NCBI GenBank assembly: GCA_040260805.1 | Contig: JBDQPD010000072.1 | Span: forward strand, 1-17,442 | DNA length: 17,442 bases | Direction of reading: 5' to 3' | Origin: Myxococcota bacterium | GTDB taxonomy: Bacteria; Myxococcota; UBA4151 | In this document: positions 1 through 7,678 of the stretch, in pieces | Position numbering within the stretch: position 1 is the first letter of the stretch | Layout of the letters: each line of letters starts with the position of its first letter | Position numbers and translations under genes: made by a program | The notes under the pieces: generated by a model | What the model was told of the DNA's origin: nothing | Database searches by the model: none | The model's input: only the letters and a program-made list of their open reading frames with translations

Positions 1-98
1 CTCTTGACCCACAGGGACCCCAAATTGCTCAAGGTCCCAACCCTTACCGCGGTAAGGGTTGGGACCTTGAGCAATTTGGGGTCCCTGTGGGTCAAGAG
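1..98. repeat. Perfect 98-bp palindrome (49-bp arms, no loop) at the window start; probable fold-back or assembly artefact
   Basis: Bases 1-49 are the exact reverse complement of 50-98, centred on CCG|CGG (47-52). The right arm is in-frame coding sequence of the downstream oxygenase. Confidence 0.95.
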
Positions 99-644
99 GA
101 TATGGCCTTTACGCTCTTGATGTTCGATGTGGCGACGCTCAATGGTGCGCAGCGATTAGGACTTCGTGTGTCGACTCAGCAGCGTGAGGATCACCACCAC
201 CTTTGGCGTTATGTCGGCTATTTGATGGGCGTCGATCCCCAGTTATTACCCAGCACAGCCTCTGAGGCGGAGGCCTTGCACCGAGCGATCTCCAAGCGGC
301 AGCGTCACGACTCGAAAAATGGGCGTGCGTTGACCGATGGGATGGTGGATGCGCTGTCGAGTCGGGCTCCCTTCTTTTTGCCGCGAGAGGGGCTCTCGGC
401 GCTCTGTTACCGGCTATTAGGCCCCGAGCTAGGTCGCTACCTTGGGCTTAAAAACGCGGTGAAATGGCATCTGCTTTTTCAGGCTGCAGTTCCTGCGCTT
501 AGGGCGGTGCAAAAGAGCGCCGAAACCAACGAACTGATCGGTCGCTCGCTCGAGCGTATGGCGATTCAATGGGGTGAATGGGCGATCAGCGAGGGCTTAG
601 GTGATGAGCCCGCTCGTTTCCCCATTCCGGGGATCATGCGTTAA
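51..644 (+). CDS. ER-bound oxygenase MpaB / rubber-oxygenase-like (DUF2236) protein, C-terminal part, 5'-truncated
   Basis: The frame is open upstream of the GTG at 87 and reads GKGWDLEQFGVPVGQEDMAFTLLMF. This matches the family motif WD..WG.P(I)NQ.DM..T...F and is followed by HLWRYVGYLMGV. The true start is lost at the palindrome. Confidence 0.8.
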   Translation, partial: GKGWDLEQFGVPVGQEDMAFTLLMFDVATLNGAQRLGLRVSTQQREDHHHLWRYVGYLMGVDPQLLPSTASEAEALHRAISKRQRHDSKNGRALTDGMVDALSSRAPFFLPREGLSALCYRLLGPELGRYLGLKNAVKWHLLFQAAVPALRAVQKSAETNELIGRSLERMAIQWGEWAISEGLGDEPARFPIPGIMR

Positions 645-692
645 TCGGGTTCAAGGAATTGCATCGCAGCCGTTTCGCTTTACTCTAAGCGC

Positions 693-2753
693 ATGAAAAT
701 AATCATCGCACGAACCTTGATCTGCTCGCTCGTCGTTGCTGCGGCGCCGGCACGAGCCGACCGCCTGCTTCCAACCTATTTGATCTTAGCCGAGTCCCAG
801 GTGCTCGAAGGGGACCGGGCTTGCGTACAGGCTTGCTTTAGCGACATCGACTGCGGCGAGGGGGCCTGCACCGACAGTCCGGTGGGGCGAGTATGCGTCG
901 AGAATCAATCGGTTGAGAGCTGGGGCGCTTGTCCAGAGGGACCGAGCAGCTGCACGAACGACCAAGTCTGCGCTCGAACCAACAGTGGACTTGAAGCCCT
1001 TGATGACTTTGTCGAGCACAAGCGTCGGCGCGGTTTTGGCGTCGAGGTCGTGACACCGCCCCAAGTTTTGCTCGGCACAGAAAGCACACGAGACGAGCGC
1101 GCTCTGCGTCTTCGGGAGTGGTTGCGTCAGCGCCACGAGGAGGGTGGGCTTGAGTATCTTTTGATCATCGCCTCGCCCAACGACAACAGCCCTTTTCCGA
1201 TGATGCAGATGCAGCCCGCCCATAACGCCACCCAGCCGTGGGCTTCCAACTTTGAATTGATCCCCACAGATACGCCCTATGCGTCACTTTATGGCGACTG
1301 GGATGCCGATGGGGATGGCGTCTACGGGGAGTTCGGCGAGGTGGGTAATGATCCTGCTACCAGCGGCGACTTTGGTGAAGCAGGGATCAACTTTAACGCG
1401 GACCTCGCGGTGGGGCGTATTCCTTACTACAACAACGCACCGGATGTGGACGCCATTTTACGCAAAACGATGCGGTATCAAATGGAATCGGAAGACTTGA
1501 TTGGTTGGCGTCAGCACGCGCTGATCGCCACCGAAGGTCAGAACCGCTATTTTTACGGCGAGCAGCTGAGATCCGGGGTCCTAGAACCGAATCAAGTGAG
1601 CTACACTCGGTTGTACGATGCCGAATGTTACGACGAGCTTCGCGGCGACGAGGACTGTGACTTTCCGCTCAGCGAAGCGCCTGAAGTTGACGTGTGCAGC
1701 GTGGACAATGTGGCGAGCGCTTGGGAAGAAAACCAGCCGGGTATGGTCACCTGGTTGACCCACGGCTCGGGCGCAGGAGCAGCCCACGTCATGAGCAACG
1801 CGGTGGCTGCACGGTTACCGGTTGATCGGCAGGTTTTTACCTTTCAAGCCTCGTGCTTGAACAGCTTACCGACGAGCTCAAACAACATCAGCTATGCCCT
1901 CCTCAAAGGGCCCGCAGTGAGCGCCATTGGCGCCACGGCGATCAGTCACGGTCCGGGCAGTCCGGTGAATCTTCTCGTCACGGATGGGAACGCGAGCATG
2001 GGCTACGGTTACCTCAAACATCTCATTCAAACGAAGTTGAGCACGGGTAAGGCGCTGACCGCTCTGCGCGCCGAGCGTCCACCAGGCGCCTGGTGGTTTC
2101 ACAAGAACGCGCTCGCCTTTGTGCTCTATGGTGATCCCGAGGTTAGTCTGTGGGATCATGGTCCTGCGGCGATCATTTCGGCGCCCGAATCGATCACGGT
2201 CGCCGAAGGCAGCGAAGCGTCTCATTCGGTCTCCGCAGTATCGAGCGATTCAAGCGTCGAGGTTCGTTTTAGCGATCTGTTACCATGGATGCGTTACGAG
2301 GAGGGTATGTTGGTGCTAAGTCCGGGGTTTGACGACGCCGGTACCTATCAAGTGAGCGCCGAATCGGTGACCAACACGCCGGTCGTTCAGGTGATTGAAA
2401 TTGTGGTTGAGAATACGAACCGAGCGCCGGAGTGGACCTGTCCGATCGAGCGCGTCCAAACCCCGTGTATTTTCGTCCCCGTGGAAGACCCTGATGGAGA
2501 CCCGATCACCATCTTAGTCGATGGGACCGAGTTGGGTACCTCAGATGGTCAGGGGGTCAACGTCTGCCGCTCCACTCAGCTCAGTCACAGCTTGAGCGCA
2601 ACGGACGGCGAGCTCACGTCGCAGTGCGATCTCGCCTTTATCGCCGCTGAGCGAGAGCCGTCGGATCCTGCCTCTGGGTGCGGATGTTCTGGCTACTCGC
2701 CAGGGGTCTATCTTTTGATGATCGCCTTGGCGGGTCGACGGAGACGACGATGA
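693..2753 (+). CDS. Secreted peptidase family C25 (gingipain-like) cysteine protease with Ig/cadherin-like repeats and a MYXO-CTERM-like anchor
   Basis: Signal peptide ending APARA-D. C25 motifs: YLIL, FVEHKRRRGFGVEVV, YLLII, PTDTPYA, DLAVGRIP, THGS (His), ASCLN (Cys) and LYGDP. VENTNRAP and DPDGD resemble Ig/cadherin repeats. C-terminus SGCGCS, hydrophobic stretch, RRRRR. Confidence 0.8.
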   Translation: MKIIIARTLICSLVVAAAPARADRLLPTYLILAESQVLEGDRACVQACFSDIDCGEGACTDSPVGRVCVENQSVESWGACPEGPSSCTNDQVCARTNSGLEALDDFVEHKRRRGFGVEVVTPPQVLLGTESTRDERALRLREWLRQRHEEGGLEYLLIIASPNDNSPFPMMQMQPAHNATQPWASNFELIPTDTPYASLYGDWDADGDGVYGEFGEVGNDPATSGDFGEAGINFNADLAVGRIPYYNNAPDVDAILRKTMRYQMESEDLIGWRQHALIATEGQNRYFYGEQLRSGVLEPNQVSYTRLYDAECYDELRGDEDCDFPLSEAPEVDVCSVDNVASAWEENQPGMVTWLTHGSGAGAAHVMSNAVAARLPVDRQVFTFQASCLNSLPTSSNNISYALLKGPAVSAIGATAISHGPGSPVNLLVTDGNASMGYGYLKHLIQTKLSTGKALTALRAERPPGAWWFHKNALAFVLYGDPEVSLWDHGPAAIISAPESITVAEGSEASHSVSAVSSDSSVEVRFSDLLPWMRYEEGMLVLSPGFDDAGTYQVSAESVTNTPVVQVIEIVVENTNRAPEWTCPIERVQTPCIFVPVEDPDGDPITILVDGTELGTSDGQGVNVCRSTQLSHSLSATDGELTSQCDLAFIAAEREPSDPASGCGCSGYSPGVYLLMIALAGRRRRR

Positions 2754-3418
2754 AGCGCGAGTTTTGGGCAGAGCGTTGGTCCGAGGGATTGATCGGCTTT
2801 AATCAAGCCGAAGCGAACGGCTATCTACAGACGCATTGGCCGTCGCTCGGGCTCGCCGCTGACGCTCGTGTGTTGGTCCCGCTCTGCGGTAAAACCGTCG
2901 ATATGTTGTGGCTTCGAGCCCAGGGCCATGCGGTCGTAGGGGTTGAGTTCGTCGAGCAAGCTATCCACGACTTTTTTAACGATCACCAGATCCCTTATGA
3001 GCCGACAGCGCTAGGTTGGCGGGCGACCGATGACGGCCCGTCGTTGACCCTAATTGGGCATGACTTTACCACCTTAAAACCTGGGCAAGTCGGTCGAATC
3101 GATGCCGTTTACGACCGAGCGTCAGTGGTGGCTCTACCCGCAGACATCCAAGAGCGATTTGGTGCCTCTTTGGGGGCGCTAGTTAGCCCGGGTAGCCCTG
3201 GTTTGTTGCTCAGCTTTGAGTACCCCAAAGGTGAGCGCGATGGACCACCGTTTGCGACGGATGCCGAGCGGCTTGACCATCTTTTGAGCGCAAACTTTGA
3301 GATTGAGGCTTTGGCCCGGCATAATCTAGATTCGCAAGACGTCGAGCGCTTCGGTGTCGCATGGTGTGCCGTGACGGTTTATCGATTGAAGCGCCAAGGT
3401 GTCGTGGAGGGTCGTTGA
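2750..3418 (+). CDS. tpm: Thiopurine S-methyltransferase family SAM-dependent methyltransferase
   Basis: FWAERW..G.IGF, RVLVPLCGKTVDMLWL, VVGVE, YDRAS.VAL and GPPF are all TPMT motifs. The ATG at 2750 overlaps the upstream TGA (ATGA), a better start than 2678. Confidence 0.9.
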   Translation: MKREFWAERWSEGLIGFNQAEANGYLQTHWPSLGLAADARVLVPLCGKTVDMLWLRAQGHAVVGVEFVEQAIHDFFNDHQIPYEPTALGWRATDDGPSLTLIGHDFTTLKPGQVGRIDAVYDRASVVALPADIQERFGASLGALVSPGSPGLLLSFEYPKGERDGPPFATDAERLDHLLSANFEIEALARHNLDSQDVERFGVAWCAVTVYRLKRQGVVEGR

Positions 3419-4311
3419 TGTTTCGCCAAGCCGTTTACGTTTCGAGCGAACTGACTGAGCAGCCTTTCTTTGCCGCAGCGTTGCGGATGATGGGTTGGTC
3501 GTTGGTCCCCTACGCCCAGCTTGATCACGCTTTGAATCATCTGCGTAAATCCTCGGCAGATGCGCTTATTCTCCATGCCCCCCTGGTGGGCATCGAATTG
3601 AGTCAGCCTCTGGTCGACCGTATTCAGCGAGCGGCCGATACCAAGATCGTGATTCTGGGCTCTGATGATCTTCGAGACACCCGCACTCAGCGCGTGGTAC
3701 CCGAGCCCGTTAGCGCTGCCGAACTCGCGAGCTCGCTCTCGGCTCTTTGTCCGACCGAGGGCAAGGTCATCCTTCATGATCTTTTGCAAAGCGAGACCTT
3801 TGAATCGTTTACACAAGAGGCAGTCGGCTATCTCTTGAGCCGCGCAGCTGCCACCCAATGGCACCCAGGTCAGGTCTTGTTTCGGCGCAACGAGCCCGGT
3901 GATACGATGTTCTTTATCCTGACCGGGAGTATGGACATTTCGCTCGATGGGCACTCGCTGGTCACCCTTGGGACCGGCAGCCTCTTTGGGGAAATGGCGA
4001 TGCTTCAGGGGACCCCGCGCAGCGCCACAGCCACTGCGGTGGAGCCGACCGTTTTGTTAGAGGTTCCTGCGACCGTCGTTGAGCAAGCTGATGCAGAGTT
4101 TCGAGCGGTTTTGTTTGAGTTGATCTCGCGTACCTTGATGGGGCGACTCGAGGAATCCAACCGCTTTGTATCGAGCATCGAGGACGCCGAGCTTGTCGAG
4201 ATCGCCGAGCTGGACTCCGAGCTGGTTGCCGAGGCTGCGGTCGTCGACGAGGTCGCCCTGGTCGATGGGGCAGCCTTTCAAGGCGAGGTCCTCGTCGCAG
4301 AGCCCGTCTAA
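3418..4311 (+). CDS. Cyclic nucleotide-binding domain protein with a degenerate N-terminal receiver-like domain and an acidic tail
   Basis: cNMP signature LFRRNEPGDTMFFILTG...FGEMAML.GTPRSATATA. N-terminal ADALILH...KIVIL...VPEPVSAAEL resembles a receiver fold. The ATG at 3418 overlaps the tpm stop (TGATG). Confidence 0.8.
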   Translation: MFRQAVYVSSELTEQPFFAAALRMMGWSLVPYAQLDHALNHLRKSSADALILHAPLVGIELSQPLVDRIQRAADTKIVILGSDDLRDTRTQRVVPEPVSAAELASSLSALCPTEGKVILHDLLQSETFESFTQEAVGYLLSRAAATQWHPGQVLFRRNEPGDTMFFILTGSMDISLDGHSLVTLGTGSLFGEMAMLQGTPRSATATAVEPTVLLEVPATVVEQADAEFRAVLFELISRTLMGRLEESNRFVSSIEDAELVEIAELDSELVAEAAVVDEVALVDGAAFQGEVLVAEPV

Positions 4312-5480
4312 GGCAGCTTGCTCAGCCGAGCGAGGTCACGGGTCATGTTCTTTTGGTGCGCCTCGATGGTGCCGCCACCGATCTCGAGCAGTTTGGCGTC
4401 ACGCCACAAACGCTCGACTTGATACTCCGACATGTAGCCATAGCCGCCGAGCACTTGAATCGCCCGATCGGCGATGTTCTTGCCCGCTGTTGAAGCGAAG
4501 AGTTTGACGCCGTCGCTGTCGATCCGCTGGCCTGAGTCGCCCAAACCCATCTCACTAGCCGTCGCATATACATAGGTTTTGGCAGCCATGAACTCGGCAT
4601 AACTCTCGGCGATGTGGCGCTGGACTTGACCAAAGGCGCGCAGCGGTTTGCCAAAGCTTTTTCGGTCCGTTGCGTACTGATTCATGACCTCAACGCAGCG
4701 TCTCGCTAAGCCCACACTCATCGCAGCGAGGGTGACGCGTTCGATCTCAAGGTTGCGCATCATCGAGAGCATCGCGCCGCCCTCTTTACCCACTAAGTTG
4801 GTCGCCGGCACGCGGCAGTTATCGAACACAAGCTCCGCCGTTGAGGAGGCCCTCATGCCCAGCTTGCCGTGCAGGCGCTGTCCAAGCTGGAACCCGGGCA
4901 TCCCCTTTTCGACCAAGAACAAGCTGACGTCTGCGCGGCCCTCGCCGGTCCGTGCGTAGACCAAGAAGACATCACCGAGTTCTTGGTCATTGAGCGCGCC
5001 GTTGGTGATCCACATTTTGGCGCCGTTGAGGACAAAGCTGTCACCGTCACGCGTCGCCGTGGTCTTCATACCCAGGACGTCGGTGCCTGCGTTGGGCTCG
5101 CTCATCGCCATACCGCCGACCAACGAGCCGTCGCAGCAGCCCGGTAAAATCCGGTGGCGCTGCTCGTCGTTGCCGTTGATGTTGAGGTTGTTCGCAAAGA
5201 GCATTGAATGCGCCAGATAGGCGAGGCAAAACCCCGGATCTGCAGCAGAGAGTTCCTCATGGACAATCACCGCAGCCGTTGCGTCAAAGCCGCTGCCGCC
5301 AAACGCTTCATCGACCGTCACACCGAGCAGCCCTTGCTCACCAAGTTTCCGGAATAAGGGCAGATTAAAGCGTTCGTCTCGGTCAAACTCTTCAGCCTGA
5401 GGATCAACCTCTGACTCGGTAAACTGCCGAACCATCTGACGCAGTGCGAGGTGATCTTCTGTTGGGTTAAACAGCTTCAT
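4308..5480 (-). CDS. ivd: Isovaleryl-CoA dehydrogenase-like acyl-CoA dehydrogenase
   Basis: Motifs MAMSEPNAGTD, NGAKMWITNG, KLGMRAS, RKSFG and QVLGGYGY. RDAKLLEIGGGT lacks the MCAD-type Glu, while LEIER supplies the IVD-type catalytic Glu. The ATG at 5480 is preceded by AAGGA. Confidence 0.85.
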   Translation of the reverse strand: MKLFNPTEDHLALRQMVRQFTESEVDPQAEEFDRDERFNLPLFRKLGEQGLLGVTVDEAFGGSGFDATAAVIVHEELSAADPGFCLAYLAHSMLFANNLNINGNDEQRHRILPGCCDGSLVGGMAMSEPNAGTDVLGMKTTATRDGDSFVLNGAKMWITNGALNDQELGDVFLVYARTGEGRADVSLFLVEKGMPGFQLGQRLHGKLGMRASSTAELVFDNCRVPATNLVGKEGGAMLSMMRNLEIERVTLAAMSVGLARRCVEVMNQYATDRKSFGKPLRAFGQVQRHIAESYAEFMAAKTYVYATASEMGLGDSGQRIDSDGVKLFASTAGKNIADRAIQVLGGYGYMSEYQVERLWRDAKLLEIGGGTIEAHQKNMTRDLARLSKLP

Positions 5481-5539
5481 GGTTGGCGGTCCTTGTTTGC
5501 GGCTGAGCACCGCCTAGCACAGCCAAGCAGCGGCCCCAA

Positions 5540-6184
5540 CTACTGCCTGTGTGATTGCGGTCGATGCTTTTCAATGATCCCGACAAAGCCAAGGACTAAA
5601 AGAGCATAGGTGAGCGGCGTTTCTAGGGTAAACCCGCCCTCATAGGCATAGTTTCCGGCGCCGACAGCCCAGGTCTCGATCACACCATCAGCGAGGGCGG
5701 TGACCGCCGCTAGCAAGACGGCGCCCGCTTGCGCCTTACGACTTTTGATGCGGACCAACCCCCAGAGCCCAAACGGCAGGGTAAAGACGATCATGTTGAC
5801 CGGCGTTTGTTGCGCCAGTGACCAACCGTAAAAAGCTAGGGTAATCGCTAAGAGGATCAGCAGCATTCGCTCGACATCGGGCCACTTCGTGAACTGGTGA
5901 ATCATCAGGTGGAGCGCACCCAGCCACACACCACTTGAGGTAAACAAGACCACCAATTCGATGGGGACCGTACCGGTGATAAAGAAGACGCTCTTGTTGT
6001 AGTGCCATCCGCCGGTATGCGTCCCGACCAGCTCGACCACTAGATCGGCTAAGCCGACCAGCACACCGCCGCGCAGGAGATGCTTTCGAGCCAGCGCTCC
6101 ACCCGGGGCTGGAGGGCGCCAAAAGAAGAATCCGGCTCCCACCGCTGCGACCGCTGCGATCAGCGTGAGTTCTTGTCCGCTCAT
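5540..6184 (-). CDS. Hypothetical integral membrane protein with an internal two-fold repeat
   Basis: 214 aa with about 6-7 hydrophobic segments. The motif AD.V.E.......G...Y....P occurs twice. ATGA overlap with the AI-2E gene stop. Confidence 0.75.
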   Translation of the reverse strand: MSGQELTLIAAVAAVGAGFFFWRPPAPGGALARKHLLRGGVLVGLADLVVELVGTHTGGWHYNKSVFFITGTVPIELVVLFTSSGVWLGALHLMIHQFTKWPDVERMLLILLAITLAFYGWSLAQQTPVNMIVFTLPFGLWGLVRIKSRKAQAGAVLLAAVTALADGVIETWAVGAGNYAYEGGFTLETPLTYALLVLGFVGIIEKHRPQSHRQ

Positions 6185-7194
6185 GCCGCCGGCAGCCGAC
6201 CTGCGAGCACCTCGGAGAGCGGCTGCGTGGTATCAAACCGTGCGAGGATGATCTTGAGGATTGCGGTGATCGGCGCTGCCAAAAGCATGCCCACGACACC
6301 CCAGATCAAGCCCCAGAAAATCAAGGCGAGCAGAATGGTTAGAGGGTGCAAGTCTAAGCCGTCGCCCATCAGGCGCGGCTCGATCGCATTACCGACCGTC
6401 ATCTGAAAGGCGCCGGGCAGAAGAATCACGGCGACGATGATCAAGGTCGAGTCGAACTGAACCAAAGCCATCGGCACAGGCAGTAAGGTGGCGATGATCG
6501 AGCCGACCGACGGAATGAAGTTGAGGATGAAGGCTAAGAAGCCAAAGAGTAAGGCGAGCTCGAGCCCGAAGAGCCAGAGGATCAAGCCAACGACGATCCC
6601 GGTGACCGCCGACGTCGCAGCCTTGGTCATGAGATAGCGACGGATCTTAACATCCATCTCGCCCCATAAGCCGTCTCGTTCTTCGTGCGCTTTGCGGCCT
6701 AGAATCAGGTAGATGGCAAAGACTTGAACCAAAACAGCGGTGGTCAGGACCTGCACGATCCCGCCTGCAGTATTTTGGAGTACCGATACGAAGGGGATGT
6801 TCCGCAAGGCTCGAAGCAGGTCTTCTTTTTTGTGGAAATCAAAGCCGAATTTTCCGGCAAGCCCAAAGACACGATCCACCAAACCGACCAAACGATCTTT
6901 GTACAGGTCGGCGTTCTCAACCAGCCCTCCGATCGACGTGAACAAGATGATGCTGAGTAAGCCGAGAATGACCGAAATGGTGCAAAACGCCGTGAGCAGC
7001 GCAGCCCAGCGTGGCGCCTTGAGCTGAACTTGTAAGCCGTCGACCAAAGGCGCCACGAGGTAGGCGAGCATCAGCGCCAGCACAAAGGGGACGAGCACCG
7101 GCCTCATCCAGTGCAGCGCGAACCCAGCCGCCACCGCTGCGAGGATCAACAACGACACCGTATTGAGTCGGTTTTGTTCGATTGTGGGAGCCAT
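6181..7194 (-). CDS. AI-2E (PerM/UPF0118) family transporter
   Basis: PFVLALMLAYLVAPLV, FILNFIPSVGSII, GNAIEPRLMG..LDLHPL and WGLIWGVVGMLLAAPIT. Confidence 0.92.
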   Translation of the reverse strand: MAPTIEQNRLNTVSLLILAAVAAGFALHWMRPVLVPFVLALMLAYLVAPLVDGLQVQLKAPRWAALLTAFCTISVILGLLSIILFTSIGGLVENADLYKDRLVGLVDRVFGLAGKFGFDFHKKEDLLRALRNIPFVSVLQNTAGGIVQVLTTAVLVQVFAIYLILGRKAHEERDGLWGEMDVKIRRYLMTKAATSAVTGIVVGLILWLFGLELALLFGFLAFILNFIPSVGSIIATLLPVPMALVQFDSTLIIVAVILLPGAFQMTVGNAIEPRLMGDGLDLHPLTILLALIFWGLIWGVVGMLLAAPITAILKIILARFDTTQPLSEVLAGRLPAA

Positions 7195-7460
7195 TATTCG
7201 CCCTTCATCGGTTTCCAGCTGTCGTACTTAGCAGCCGGACCAGGCCCTGCGAATACCTGAAGAATGGTCGTTGGTCGTGCACCGTTTTCAAAGCGCACTT
7301 GCGCGCCAGCGGGCACAAACACCGCAGAACCCACAACGACGACATGTCGTTTGCCGCCGTGTCCGTACCCGACCACATCGTCGCTTTGGACCACCTGCGC
7401 AGGTGGAGTCATGGCGCAGCCGGCCGCCAAGAACGAGAAGATGGTGATCAGGTTGCGCAT
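7194..7460 (-). CDS. Small lipoprotein carrying only the C-terminal half of a cupin domain (88 aa; possibly an internally deleted remnant)
   Basis: GGAGGA RBS before the ATG at 7460. Lipobox LAAG-C. GSAVFVPAGAQVRFENG...ILQVFAGP resembles cupin motif 2. TAATG overlap with the AI-2E start. Confidence 0.65.
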   Translation of the reverse strand: MRNLITIFSFLAAGCAMTPPAQVVQSDDVVGYGHGGKRHVVVVGSAVFVPAGAQVRFENGARPTTILQVFAGPGPAAKYDSWKPMKGE

Positions 7461-7525
7461 CGTATCCTCCTGACTTTGCTTGGAGGAGATTGTTGACGCC
7501 GGCAAGGTGGTCGATCGCTCGTTTG

Positions 7526-7599
7526 CCAAAATTACGCTATTTTGGTGGGCTTTAGCCGCAAACAGCAGCGGTTGATGAGTCAAAATAAGTGGTTTTTGA
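7526..7599. promoter_or_regulatory. Two related 20-bp dyad sites in a divergent promoter region
   Basis: CCAAAATTACGCTATTTTGG (7526-7545) and TCAAAATAAGTGGTTTTTGA (7580-7599) share CAAAAT-N6-WTTTTG. Confidence 0.5.
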
Positions 7600-7643
7600 A
7601 TGCCCTGCGGATTCTAGAGTGGGGGTGAGTTGACCGCTTGGGC

Positions 7644-7657
7644 TAGAACACGTTCTA
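7644..7657. promoter_or_regulatory. KstR-type operator box upstream of the P450-NMO operon
   Basis: TAGAAC-AC-GTTCTA has perfect 6-bp arms and fits TnnAACnnGTTnnA. It ends 21 nt before the P450 ATG. Confidence 0.7.
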
Positions 7658-7678
7658 TTGTCATCCGGAGTCGCTCTT

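Noticed and set aside
1..98. Hairpin telomere, transposon end or strong terminator
   Set aside because: The arm is ordinary coding sequence from the middle of a gene, there is no loop, and no protelomerase or transposase is nearby.
2678..2749. Longer ORF-track starts for tpm (2678), and likewise 3361, 5510, 7583, 7658 and 14250
   Set aside because: Downstream ATGs have an RBS or stop-start overlap and match the family N-termini better.
7644..7657. LexA/SOS box reading of the GAAC..GTTC dyad
   Set aside because: The Gram-positive SOS box has a 4-nt spacer (GAAC-N4-GTTC) and this one has 2 nt. The match to the Myxococcus LexA box is poor and the downstream genes are not DNA-repair genes.
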